From: an uncultured Gemmatimonadales bacterium
Lineage (GTDB): Bacteria; Gemmatimonadota; Gemmatimonadetes; Longimicrobiales; Gaopeijiaceae
Assembly (NCBI GenBank): GCA_963823035.1
Contig: CAWGKG010000005.1
Span: forward strand, 183,056-247,055
Reading direction: 5' to 3'
Length of the DNA: 64,000 bases
Each line of letters opens with the position of its first letter. Position 1 is the stretch's first letter. Positions 53,689 through 63,558 of this stretch are shown one piece after another. Position numbers and translations under genes: made by a program. The notes beneath the pieces were generated by a model, which searched no databases, was not told the origin of the DNA, and saw nothing but the letters and a program-made list of their open reading frames with translations.

Positions 53689-56099
53689 TCATTCGCCGTA
53701 GGGCACCCAGATGTTCTTGACCTGACAGGCGTGGCGCAGGAACTCCTCGCCTTCTCCTGCCCGTGGCGCCATCCAAGTGATGGCGCGGCCGCGGCTTACC
53801 CACGTTTGTTTCATGTTGCCTGTCGATGCCTTCTCGACGCCGGCCGAGCCCTCGGCCGAGCCGAAATACCAGATCCCGTCCACGTCGTCGTGCGCCGCGA
53901 GCGTCGGGACGATCTCGTCCCGCAGGCCGGTGACGATGTTCACCACGCCTCCCGGGACATCGGAGGTGTCGAGGAGCTGGTAGAAGTCGGTGGCGAGGAG
54001 GGGCGCCGTCTCCGAGGGCACGACGACGACCGCGTTGCCGAGGGCGATCAGCAGGCGCGACGGTGGCCGCGAACGCGAGGAGCGGCCGTTCGTCCGGACA
54101 GACCAGCCCGACCACGCCGACCGGCTCGTGCATCGCGAGCGTGACGTTGCGCAGCGGGGTCGCGTGCACGCGTCCGTCCCACTTGTCCGCCCAGGCGGCG
54201 TAGGTGAAGAGCCGTGACACCGTGGCGTCCACTTCGGCGGCTGCGTCCCGCGCGTCGCCCGAGAACGCGGTCAGCCGCGCCGTGAGCTCGTCGTGGCGGG
54301 CCTCCAGGTTCTCAGCGAGGTAGTACAGGATCTGCGCGCGGTTGTGCGCCGTACGCGTCGCCCACGCGCCCTGCGCCTTGCGCGCCGCCTCGACCGCGTT
54401 GCGCACGTCCTTCCGGTTGCCGCGCCCGACCTCACCGACCACGCGGCCACCGTGGCCCGTGACCGAAAGGCTGGCGTCGCCGTCCGGTCGCGCCTGCTTG
54501 CCGCCGATGTAGAGCTTGGCGGTGCGGTCGAGGAGCGGCGGCGCCGCGACGGCGCGCCTCGGGTGACGAGGACTTCGACGGCGCCGGCCGTCCGCCGACG
54601 GGGAGCGGCCGGCGTCCCCCGCCTCCGTCTCCCACGCGGGCCGCACGTACTCCCAGAGCCCTTCCTTGCCACCCTCACGCCCGTAGCCGCTCTCCCGGTA
54701 GCCGCCGAACCCCGACGCCGCGTCGAAGAGGTTCGTGCAGTTGATCCACACGGTGCCGGCCTTGATCTTCGGCGCCACGTCGAGGGCGAGGTTGATGTTC
54801 TCCGACCAGATCGAGGCGGCCAGGCCGTAGCGCGTGTCGTTGGCGAGCGCCACCGCCTCGGAGGGCGTGCGGAAGGTCATGAGCACCACCACCGGCCCGA
54901 ACACCTCCACCTGGGCCAGCGTCCCGGAGGGGGCGCACCCGGTGCACAGCGTGGGCGGGTAGAACCACCCCTCCTTCGGCGCGCTCCACGACGGCTGCCA
55001 CACCTCCGCGCCCTCGGCGCGGCCCTGCTCGACCAGCGCGCGGATCCGATCGAGCTGCACCGGCGCGACGATCGCGCCCATGTCGACCGCCTTGTCGAGC
55101 GGATCGCCCATGCGCAGCGTCTCCATGCGCGCCCGCAGCTTGCGCTCGAGCGCCGCCGGCCACGCCCTCCTGGACGAGGATCCTCGACCCCGCGCAGCAG
55201 ACCTGACCCTGGTTGAACCAGATGGCGTCCACCACGCCCTCGACCACGGAGTCGAGGTCGGCGTCGTCGAAGACGACGAACGGCGACTTGCCGCCCAGCT
55301 CGAGGCTCAGCCGCTTCCCGCTTCCCGCGGTGGCCTCGCGGATGGCCCGCCCAACCTCGGTGGACCCCGTGAACGCGATCTTGTCCACGTCCGGGTGCGC
55401 GACCAGCGCGGCGCCCGTGCGGCCGTCGCCCGTCACCACGTTCACGACGCCCGGCGGCAGCCCCGCGTCCCGGCACAGCTCGGCGAAGAGCAGGGCGGTG
55501 AGCGGCGTGAACTCGGCGGGCTTGAGCACGACCGCGTTCCCCATCGCCAGCGCGGGCGCGATCTTCCACGCCAGCATCAGGAGGGGGAAGTTCCAGGGGA
55601 TGATCTGCCCGACGACGCCCACCGGCGTGTACCCCGGCAGCTCCTCGGGCATGAGTTGCGCCCACCCCGCGTGATGGTAGAAGTGCCGGGCCACCAGCGG
55701 GATGTCGAGGTCGCGCGATTCCCGGATCGGCTTCCCGTTGTCCAGCGTCTCCAGCACGGCGAAGAGGCGGGCGTGCTTCTGCACCCGCCGGGCCAGGGCG
55801 TACAGGTGTCGGGCCCGGACGTGCGGCCCCACCGCCCACCAGCCGGGCTGCGCCGCGCGCGCGGCCGCCACCGCCGCAGCCACGTCCTCGTCGGTCCCCT
55901 GGAGCACGGTGGCGAGCGGCCGCGCCGTGGCCGGATTGGCCGTCTCGAACCGTTCGCCGGCGGCCGCGTCCGTGAACGCACCCCCGATGAAGTGCCCGAA
56001 GGCGCGTCCGTGCGCGTCGAGCCATGCCATCGCCCGGTCGGCGGCCTCGGGAGCGGGGCCGTACTCCATCGTCTCGAAGATCTCGGCGACCTTGCTCAT
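53689..56099 (-). CDS. Two-domain aldehyde dehydrogenase (ALDH16-like; frameshifts ~55160, ~54570, ~54055)
   Basis: MEYGPAPE, IIPWNFP, FTGSTEVG, ELGGKS, NQGQVCCAGSR; second domain DRTAKLYIGGKQARPD...KNIWVPYGE. Confidence 0.92.
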
Positions 56100-57130
56100 G
56101 CCATCGGATGCCGGTGGGAGGCCGAGTAGCGGCCCGTGACGTGATGCTCGATCTGGCGCTCGATGTCGCCCAGGAGCGAGGAAACGCCGAAGCGGAAGAG
56201 CTCGGGCTGCAGCCAGCCGGTGCCCAGCTCCTCCTTCATGAGGATGAGCCAGAGCAGCGACTCCTTCGCCGTGCGGATGCCGCCCGCCGGCTTGAAGCCC
56301 ACCGCGTAGCCGGTGCGCTCGGCGTAGGCGCGCACGGCGCGGGCCATGGTCAGGCCGACCGGGAGGGTGGCGTTCACGCCCTCCTTCCCGGTGGACGTCT
56401 TCACGAAGTCCGCCCCGGCCATCATGCACACCAGGCTGGCGCGCGCCACGTTGCGCAGCGTGGCGAGCTCTCCCGTGGCGAGGATCGTCTTGAGGTGGGC
56501 CTCGCCACACGCCTCCCGGAAGGCGGCCACCTCGTCGTAGAGGGCCTCCCACGCGCCGGTGAGCACGTGGCCGCGAGTGACGACGATGTCGATCTCGCGC
56601 GCACCGGCGTCCGTCGACGCCCGGATCTCCTGGAGGCGCTGCGGGAACGGGTTGAGCCCGTGCGGGAAGCCCGTCGAGACCGCCGCGACCGGGATGTGGC
56701 TCCCCTCGAGCGCACGCACGGCGGTGTCGACCATCTGGTGGTAGACGCACACGGCTGCCACGCGCAGCCGATCCGGGTCCACCCCGAGCGCCTCGAGGAG
56801 GTCCGGCCGAACGGGTCGACGGGCCTTCGCGCACAGCCTGCGCACCCGCCCGGGGGTGTCGTCCCCGGAGAGCGTGGTCAGGTCCATCAGCGTGACGGCC
56901 TTGAGCAGCCACGCCGCCTGCCACGCCTTCTTGACCGAGCGCCGCGTGCCCAGCGTGGCGGCGCGCCGCTCCACGGCGCTCCGGTTGACGCGGACCTCGC
57001 GGACCCAGTCGAGCTCGAGGGGCATCCCCGGGTTCCGCTCACCCTCGCGCAGGAGGCCGGGGGAGAGCGGGGGAGACGTCGGAGAGGCGGTTCGCCCGCG
57101 CTCGCGCAGGGTGGAGTCGCTGGTGCTCAT
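56096..57130 (-). CDS. deoC: Deoxyribose-phosphate aldolase (long form)
   Basis: DLTTLSGDDT, STGFP, GAREIDIV, DFVKTSTGK, GFKPAGGI, FRFG. Confidence 0.95.
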   Translation of the reverse strand: MSTSDSTLRERGRTASPTSPPLSPGLLREGERNPGMPLELDWVREVRVNRSAVERRAATLGTRRSVKKAWQAAWLLKAVTLMDLTTLSGDDTPGRVRRLCAKARRPVRPDLLEALGVDPDRLRVAAVCVYHQMVDTAVRALEGSHIPVAAVSTGFPHGLNPFPQRLQEIRASTDAGAREIDIVVTRGHVLTGAWEALYDEVAAFREACGEAHLKTILATGELATLRNVARASLVCMMAGADFVKTSTGKEGVNATLPVGLTMARAVRAYAERTGYAVGFKPAGGIRTAKESLLWLILMKEELGTGWLQPELFRFGVSSLLGDIERQIEHHVTGRYSASHRHPMA

Positions 57131-57174
57131 GGACTTCTCGTCACGGGACCGGGCCTTCATCGTCTTCGGAACGT

Positions 57175-58024
57175 CAACTTAAGCCTGTGCCGCCGTCGGC
57201 GTCAGGAGCGCGGCGAGCCCCGCGCACGCTCAATCCCCGCCACCCCCTCGCCCCTGACCGCGTCCAGATCAACACGGCGCCCCCGCCGCCCTGCGTGCCG
57301 TAGAAGGTGGTGGCGTCCACGGGCTCGAGGAGCGCGATGGCCTCGATGTCCTGCGTGTCGATGCGCGCCGGCGATCTCCGGCAGCACGACGGCCCCGTTC
57401 AGCACGGTGAGCGCGCACTGCCGGTCCCGACGGCTGAAGACCACGCACAGCGGCCCGCCCAGCGGCGAATCGTCGTACTCGACCACGGTGACGCCGGCGA
57501 TGCCCTGCCAGCGGATGACGTCCTTGGCCATCCCCGGCGTGACCATGTGCTCGATCTTCTCGCGGTCGATCCACCGGTTCCCGAGCGTCACGGGCGACGC
57601 GCCGAAGTTCCGCAGCAACTCCTCGGCTTCCGCCTCCACCGTGACCTCGAGCCCCGGCAGGCCGAGCGGCTCGGGCGTCATGAGGATGTCGAAGGGAACG
57701 CTCCCCTCGGTCTTCATGGCGAACAGGGGCGAGCGCGTCGGCTCGTAGCCGAGCCGGACAGCCTCGACGACGTACTCGCCGGCGTCGGGCGGCGCGAGGA
57801 CGAAGCGGCCGTCCACCCCGGACAGCGCCTCCGCCCTCCGCTCACCCTCGCGGTCCAGCAGCGAGACGAGCGCCCCGGGCACGGGCGTGTCCCGGCCGTC
57901 CTCGAGCACCCGTCCCTGCAGCGTCTGGCCGAGCGCGGGGGCGGGAACCGTCGAGGGCGACCGACGAGAAGCACGGCCACACGATGGGCTCGGGCGATGC
58001 CGGCGGCGGGCGCTGCGGGTCCAT
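57175..58024 (-). CDS. Carboxypeptidase-regulatory-like domain + plug-like exported protein (frameshifted; ends approximate)
   Basis: QTLQGRVLE...PVPGALVSLLD...DGRFVL...RLGYEP; C-terminal YGTQGGGGAVLIWTR. Confidence 0.6.
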
Positions 58025-58113
58025 CGGACGCCTCCTCGTGGGCAGGTCGCGGCGCGGGAGGCGGGCCCGGCCGCACCGCCACGCTGCACCCGGCCGCCGT
58101 CCGTGTCAAAGGG

Positions 58114-58142
58114 TTGACGCTGTCCGCCGCGCGCGGGACCTT
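58114..58142 (+). promoter_or_regulatory. Putative sigma70 promoter of selC
   Basis: TTGACG-17 bp-GACCTT, 10 nt before the tRNA 5' end. Confidence 0.45.
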
Positions 58143-58152
58143 CCTATCCCCC

Positions 58153-58249
58153 GGGGGTGGAGGGGGCCTGGTGGTCCCGGCGGTCTTCAAAACCGTGCAG
58201 CCCGGCTGAACCCCGGGCGGGTGGGTTCGATTCCCACACACTCCCGCCA
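58153..58249 (+). tRNA. selC: tRNA-Sec (anticodon UCA)
   Basis: 97 nt; extended acceptor stem; long D-stem GGGGCC/GGTCCC with TGGT loop; anticodon loop CTTCAAA (TCA at 58187-58189); long variable arm; GTGGG-TTCGATT-CCCAC; G discriminator; encoded CCA. Confidence 0.96.
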
Positions 58250-58258
58250 ATCGGCTCG

Positions 58259-58296
58259 GAAGCCCCGTACGGCTCGCAGGCGTGCGGGGCTTCCGT
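58259..58296 (+). terminator. Hairpin after selC
   Basis: GAAGCCCCGTAC...GTGCGGGGCTTC. Confidence 0.55.
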
Positions 58297-58310
58297 TAAC
58301 GTTTCCTGCC

Positions 58311-58955
58311 ATGCCCTCTCACGCCCCAGCACCCCCAGCGTCCAGCGTCGCGCAGGCGATCCGCCGCGTGGCGTGCGTCTTCGCATGGGGGCCCCTCTTC
58401 GCCCTGGTGCCGGGCACCGCGGCTGCGCAGGCGCTCACGACCCCGCCCCCCGCGGTCACGGATTCCACGACGCGCCCACCCAGGCGCGGCGTGTCGCCGA
58501 GAGGCGCGTTCCTGCGGGCGGTCGTCATCCCCGGCTGGGGCCATGCCTCGATCGGCGCCTACAACCGCGGCGCGTTCTATGTGACGTTGGAGAGCGCGAC
58601 GGGATGGGCGCTCGTCAAGGCCCGCAAGCGCGTCCAGGAGGCGAGCCAGCGGGTCGCGTTCCGCGAGAGGGTGGTACGCGCCGAGCTCGCGGCGCAGAAC
58701 ATCATCGATCCGGACACGGTCCAGGCCAGGCTGGACGGCGACGAAACGCTCCTGGACCTGCAGAGCCTCGAGGAGTCACGGCGGCAGCAGCGGGAAGACT
58801 GGACCGCCCTGGGGATCTTCTTCCTCTTCCTCTCCGGCGCGGACGCCTACGTCTCGGCGCACCTCCAGCACTTCCCGCAGCCGATCGAGTTGAACGCCGT
58901 ACCCGTCGGGGGCGGGCGGATGGAGCTCTCGGTCTCGCTCAAGCTCCCCAGGTGA
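58311..58955 (+). CDS. DUF5683-like membrane/exported hypothetical protein (start uncertain)
   Basis: SPRGAFLRAVVIPGWGH; ADAYVSAHL. Confidence 0.65.
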   Translation: MPSHAPAPPASSVAQAIRRVACVFAWGPLFALVPGTAAAQALTTPPPAVTDSTTRPPRRGVSPRGAFLRAVVIPGWGHASIGAYNRGAFYVTLESATGWALVKARKRVQEASQRVAFRERVVRAELAAQNIIDPDTVQARLDGDETLLDLQSLEESRRQQREDWTALGIFFLFLSGADAYVSAHLQHFPQPIELNAVPVGGGRMELSVSLKLPR

Positions 58956-59679
58956 CGAGGCGGGGCGCCGCCCCGCCTCCTTCCAGCACGACGTAGGTGT
59001 CGTGCTCCACCCAGTCGCCGGCGTTCACGTACCAACGGCCGGGCTCCACCTCGCGCAGGCGCGGCTGGTGCGTGTGGCCGAGCACCACCAGCTCCAGGTC
59101 GGGCGACTCCGTCAGCCGGTCCACCGCCCACGCCTCGAGCGCGTCGGCGCGCTCCCTCTCGGCCCGGGTCGGCTCCGACTGTCGGTGCTCGGTCTGGGAC
59201 ACGCCCCCCGCGATGCGACCGCCGAGGTCGGGGCCGAGCAGCCCGAAGGCGAAGCGGGTCACGCGCCCGCGCAGGAGCACCTTCAGCGCACGGTAGCCCA
59301 GGTCGCCGCGCCCGAGCCCGTCGCCGTGCGCGAGCAGCGTCTTCAGGCCGCCGAAGTCGCGCACGACCGGGTCCTGCAGGAACTCGAGGCCGATCTCCTC
59401 CCGCAGATACCGCCCGCCCCACCAATCGTGGTTGCCGCCCATCATCGTGATCGGGGTACCCTCGCGAACGACCTCCGCGAGAAGGGACAGCACCCGCTCG
59501 TACCCACGGGGGATGCCCGAGCGGTACTCGAACCAGAAGTCGAAGAGATCGCCGTTGATCACGATGCGCCCTGCCTCCGCCGCCGCGTGGCGCATCCACG
59601 CGTAGAAGGCCTCCTCGTGCGCGCGGGTCACCGCGCCGAGGTGGATGTCCGAGGCCAGGTAGACGGGTCGCTCGTTCAT
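58939..59679 (-). CDS. lpxH: UDP-2,3-diacylglucosamine diphosphatase (LpxH-like metallophosphoesterase)
   Basis: SDIHLG, GDLFDFWFEY, GNHD, AHGDG, GHTH, NAGDW. Confidence 0.85.
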   Translation of the reverse strand: MNERPVYLASDIHLGAVTRAHEEAFYAWMRHAAAEAGRIVINGDLFDFWFEYRSGIPRGYERVLSLLAEVVREGTPITMMGGNHDWWGGRYLREEIGLEFLQDPVVRDFGGLKTLLAHGDGLGRGDLGYRALKVLLRGRVTRFAFGLLGPDLGGRIAGGVSQTEHRQSEPTRAERERADALEAWAVDRLTESPDLELVVLGHTHQPRLREVEPGRWYVNAGDWVEHDTYVVLEGGGAAPRLVTWGA

Positions 59680-59794
59680 GGCGGCGAACGATGCCCGCTC
59701 GGGCGGAGCCTCACAAGTGGGGCCGTGCCGTGCCGCGAACGACGGCGCCAGGCGGGGGTATGAGCCTCGACCTCTCCAGCGTAGCTTACCGCCC

Positions 59795-60502
59795 ATGCCC
59801 ATCCCCGTCCGCGTCCCGATCCTCCTCGCCAGCGCCCTCACCCTCGGCGCTTCGGGCGCGTGCGCACCACGCGGCCCCGGCGTGGTCGCCCCCGCGTCGG
59901 ACGCGGCGGGACTCGCCGACCGGCTGGAGAGCGGCACCTCCCTCCAGGAGCCGATCCGCGTGCTCTTCGAGTGGTCGCTCAACGACGCCGGGGTGCGGGT
60001 GAAAGGGCGGGGGGTGGCCCGGATCGAGCCACCCTACAAGGCGCGGCTGGACCTCTTCTACAACGGCGAGACGGTCGTGCGCGCCGCGCTCGTGGACGGG
60101 GAGCTGCGGCTGCCCCCGGGGACGCCGGACAACATCCTGCCTCCGCCCGACCTCATGTGGGGCGTGCTGGGCGTCTTCCGGCCCGAGACCGGCACCGAGC
60201 TGCTGGGCGCGGACGAGCTGGAGGACGGGTCCGTGCAGCTGCGCTACCGCTACCGCGACGGACGCCTCCTGACGTTCCGCGTGGCGGACGGGAGGGTCCG
60301 GTCCATGGAGCTCCTGGACGGCGGGCACGTCGTCCAGCGCGTCGAGCTGGACCTCGGGGAAGGAAGCCGCTATCCGGAGGAGGCGACGTACCGCAACCTG
60401 GCCGACTTCCGGGAGCTCAAGCTGACGCGGGACTCGCTCGAGCGGGTCGGGCCCTATCCGCCCGACATCTGGGATCCCCTGAGGGCGGGAGCCGGACGAT
60501 GA
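59795..60502 (+). CDS. Hypothetical lipoprotein (beta-rich, possibly LolA/LolB-like)
   Basis: Lipobox SGAC; GRGVARIEPPYKARLDLF; stop overlaps the lptE start. Confidence 0.6.
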   Translation: MPIPVRVPILLASALTLGASGACAPRGPGVVAPASDAAGLADRLESGTSLQEPIRVLFEWSLNDAGVRVKGRGVARIEPPYKARLDLFYNGETVVRAALVDGELRLPPGTPDNILPPPDLMWGVLGVFRPETGTELLGADELEDGSVQLRYRYRDGRLLTFRVADGRVRSMELLDGGHVVQRVELDLGEGSRYPEEATYRNLADFRELKLTRDSLERVGPYPPDIWDPLRAGAGR

Positions 60503-61017
60503 GCGGACGGCAGGTGGCCGTGCAGGCGCTGACGCTCATGGCGGCGTTCGTCGCGGGTGGGTGCAACTACTCCTTCCGGGCGGGGAGCTTTCCACCCCCC
60601 CACATCAAGACGATCGCCGTGGCGCCCTTCGACAACGAGACGGCGCGCTTCGAGATCTCCGGAGAGGTCTACGACGAGCTGCTCCGCGAGCTGCCGCGCT
60701 CGCTGGGCATGCGCACCGCCGGCGAGGACGTGGCGGACGCCGTCGTGCGCGGCACGATCACCCGCTACGACGTGGTCGCCCCGAACTACCGCGCCGGGGA
60801 TCCGGGCGAGCCGGCCCAGGTGCTGCAGCGTCAGGTGACCATCACGGCGAGCATCCAGATCGTCGACCTCGTGGAGAACGTCGTGCTCTGGGAGGACCGC
60901 AACGTCGTGTCGCAGGGGGAGTTCGTCGAGTCGAGCGAGAGCGAGGACGTGGGCCGCGCCGAGGCCATCAAACTCCTCATCCAGAAGATAGTGGACGGGG
61001 CACAGTCCAACTGGTAG
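60499..61017 (+). CDS. lptE: LPS-assembly lipoprotein LptE family
   Basis: GGCNYSF, IKTIAVAPFDNET, ADAVVRGTITRY, C-terminal NW. Confidence 0.85.
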   Translation: MSGRQVAVQALTLMAAFVAGGCNYSFRAGSFPPPHIKTIAVAPFDNETARFEISGEVYDELLRELPRSLGMRTAGEDVADAVVRGTITRYDVVAPNYRAGDPGEPAQVLQRQVTITASIQIVDLVENVVLWEDRNVVSQGEFVESSESEDVGRAEAIKLLIQKIVDGAQSNW

Positions 61018-61087
61018 ATTCGGCCTCCGTTTCGCCCGGGGGCCCCGAAGGCCCACGGAAAAGCGTGGGATCAGCCAGGGAACGCAG

Positions 61088-61570
61088 TTGCTCCGAGCCA
61101 TCGGTCTGGGTGCGATTCTGTATGGATTCTGGCTCGTCCTCTCGGGCCACTTCGAGCCGCTCCTCATGGGGTTCGGCGTCGCTTCGTCCGCCCTGGTCGT
61201 CTACCTGGCCATGCGCATGGACGTGGCCGACCACGAGGGGCTCCCTCTCCAGCTCGGCGGGCGGGTCTGGTTCTACGTCCCCTGGCTGATGAAGGAGGTC
61301 TTCGTCGCCAACCTGCACGTGGCGAAGATCATCCTCGACCCCAAGCTCCCGATCAGCCCGATCATCGTCCACTACCGCGCCAGCCAGCAGACCGACCTGG
61401 GGCGCGCCATCTACGCCAACTCGATCACGCTCACGCCGGGCACGATCACCACACGGGTGACCGGCGACGACCTCGAGATCCACTCCCTCACCTGGATCGA
61501 CGTGGACGGGCGTGAGGAGGACGAGATGGACCGCCGGTGCACGTGGGTGGAGCAGGGGGGCGCGCACTGA
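61088..61570 (+). CDS. mrpE: Mrp Na+/H+ antiporter subunit E
   Basis: FWLVLSGH; YANSITLTPGTIT. Confidence 0.92.
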   Translation: MLRAIGLGAILYGFWLVLSGHFEPLLMGFGVASSALVVYLAMRMDVADHEGLPLQLGGRVWFYVPWLMKEVFVANLHVAKIILDPKLPISPIIVHYRASQQTDLGRAIYANSITLTPGTITTRVTGDDLEIHSLTWIDVDGREEDEMDRRCTWVEQGGAH

Positions 61571-61857
61571 TGTTCGCGGTCGCCGCCGTGGGAATCCTCG
61601 TGGCCATGGGCATGGCGATGGTCCGCGCCCTGCTCGGGCCCACCGTGTACGACCGCGTGCTGGCCGTGAACACCTTCGGGACGAAGACGGTGCTCCTGCT
61701 CGCGGTGATCGGCTTCCTGACCGGCCGCCCCGACTGGGTGGACCTCAGCCTGGTGTACGCGCTCATCAACTTCATCGGGACGATCGCCGTGCTGAAGTTC
61801 TTCGAGTTCGGCGACCTGGGCCGCCAGCGTCACGTCGACACGGGGGGCGGCGACTGA
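61570..61857 (+). CDS. mrpF: Mrp subunit F
   Basis: RALLGPTVYDRVLA; YALINFIGT. Confidence 0.92.
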   Translation: MFAVAAVGILVAMGMAMVRALLGPTVYDRVLAVNTFGTKTVLLLAVIGFLTGRPDWVDLSLVYALINFIGTIAVLKFFEFGDLGRQRHVDTGGGD

Positions 61858-62180
61858 TGCTGCACATGGCGCTCGACGTCCTCTCGTGGGCGAGCATCCT
61901 CGCCGGCCTCTTCTTCATCCTGGTCGGCACGCTCGGCGTGCTGCGCATGCCCGACATCTACACGCGCCTGCATGCCGCCGGGATGACGGACACGATGGGC
62001 GCCGCCTTCATGATCCTGGGGATGTGCTTCCAGGCCGGCATCCACCTCCTCACGCTCCGCCTCCTCCTCGTGTACGTCTTCCTGCTCTTCACGAGCCCGA
62101 TCGGGACGCACGCGCTCGCGCGCGCCGCCCTCTCCGGGAAGGTCGAGCCGTACCGCGCACCCTTCCACGAAGGGGATTGA
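61857..62180 (+). CDS. mrpG: Mrp subunit G
   Basis: GVLRMPDIYTRLHAAG; TSPIGTHALARAA. Confidence 0.92.
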   Translation: MLHMALDVLSWASILAGLFFILVGTLGVLRMPDIYTRLHAAGMTDTMGAAFMILGMCFQAGIHLLTLRLLLVYVFLLFTSPIGTHALARAALSGKVEPYRAPFHEGD

Positions 62181-62785
62181 GCGTGGACGCCGTCGTCGAC
62201 ATCTCCGTCCTCGCGCTCCTCGCCGTGACCGCGCTCGCGCTGCTGCGCCTGCGGAACCTCTTCGCGGTCGCGATGCTCTCGGGGATCTACTCCCTCCTGT
62301 CCGCCGTGCTGTGGACGATGCTCGACGCGGTCGACGTGGCCTTCACGGAGGCGGCGGTCGGCGCCGGCATCTCGACCGTGCTCCTCCTGGGCTCGCTCGC
62401 GCTGGTCGGCCACGAGGAGAAGAAGCCGGCCCACCGGCCGCTCCTCCCCCTCTTCGTGGTGCTCGTCACGGGCGGCGTGCTCATCTACGGCACGCTGGAC
62501 ATGCCGCCCTTCGGCGAGCCCGACAACCCGGCGCACCTGCACGTGGCCCCGCGCTACGTGGAGGAATCCGGACACGAGATCGGGGTGCCCAACATCGTGA
62601 CCTCGGTGCTCGCCTCGTACCGCGGCTACGACACCATGGGCGAGACCACGGTGATCTTCACCGCGCTGGTGGGCGTGCTCCTCCTGCTGGCCCGCGGGCC
62701 GCGCCCGCGCCGGCCGTGGACGCCGGGCGAGCGCTCCCACGACGCGGACGACATCGAGCCGGGGGAGGAGCGTCTGCATGGATGA
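62177..62785 (+). CDS. Mrp DUF4040/MrpB N-terminal-like subunit
   Basis: AVDVAFTEAAVGAGIST; PNIVTSVLASYRGYDTMGE. Confidence 0.88.
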   Translation: MSVDAVVDISVLALLAVTALALLRLRNLFAVAMLSGIYSLLSAVLWTMLDAVDVAFTEAAVGAGISTVLLLGSLALVGHEEKKPAHRPLLPLFVVLVTGGVLIYGTLDMPPFGEPDNPAHLHVAPRYVEESGHEIGVPNIVTSVLASYRGYDTMGETTVIFTALVGVLLLLARGPRPRRPWTPGERSHDADDIEPGEERLHG

Positions 62786-63194
62786 CCGGATCATCCTCCG
62801 CGTCGGGACCAAGTTCCTGATCCCCTACATCCTGCTGTTCGCGCTCTACGTGCAGTTCCACGGCGACTACGGACCGGGCGGAGGCTTCCAGGCCGGCGTC
62901 ATCTTCGCGGCCGCCTTCATCCTGTACGCGCTCGTCTACGGGCTCGGGAAGGTGAAGCAGGTGCTGCCCCCCGGCGTCGTCTACGTCTGCTCGGCGGTGG
63001 GCGTGATGATCTACGCGGGCACGGGCGTGGTCACGATCCTGAAGGGCGGGGGCTTCCTGGACTACAACGTCCTCCTGCACGACCCCCACCACGGCCAGCA
63101 CTGGGGGATCTTCTCGGTCGAGTTCGGCGTGCTCGTCACGGTGTTCGGCGTGATGGTCTCGATCTTCTACGCCTTCGCCGGCCGCAGGAGCTGA
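62778..63194 (+). CDS. mrpB: Mrp subunit B
   Basis: HGDYGPGGGFQAG; VEFGV. Confidence 0.92.
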   Translation: MDDRIILRVGTKFLIPYILLFALYVQFHGDYGPGGGFQAGVIFAAAFILYALVYGLGKVKQVLPPGVVYVCSAVGVMIYAGTGVVTILKGGGFLDYNVLLHDPHHGQHWGIFSVEFGVLVTVFGVMVSIFYAFAGRRS

Positions 63195-63198
63195 CGCC

Positions 63199-63558
63199 GT
63201 GAGACTGCTGGGCCTCTACAACTACTGGATCGTCGTGGGCCTGATGATGATCGGGTTCTACACGATGATCTCGCGCGGCAACCTGGTGAAGAAGCTCGTC
63301 GGGCTGAGCGTCTTCCAGACCTCGGTGATGATCCTCTACATCAGCATGGGGAAGATCTTCGGCGGCACCGCGCCCATCCTGCTCGAGGACGGCGAGCACG
63401 TCGTCTACACCAACCCCATCCCCTCCGTCCTCATCCTCACCGCGATCGTGGTCGGCGTGGCGACCCTGGCCGTGGGCCTCGCGCTCGTGGTGCGCATCAA
63501 GGAGGCCTACGGCACCATCGAGGAAGACGAGATCCACGAGCAGGACGACGTGATGTGA
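63199..63558 (+). CDS. mrpC: Mrp subunit C
   Basis: NLVKKLVGL; NPIPSVLILTAIVVG. Confidence 0.92.
   Translation: MRLLGLYNYWIVVGLMMIGFYTMISRGNLVKKLVGLSVFQTSVMILYISMGKIFGGTAPILLEDGEHVVYTNPIPSVLILTAIVVGVATLAVGLALVVRIKEAYGTIEEDEIHEQDDVM

Noticed and set aside
58225..58249. selC 3' end as an integration (att) site
   Set aside because: No duplicate of the tRNA 3' end and no integrase is seen, and the flanking genes look like core envelope genes.
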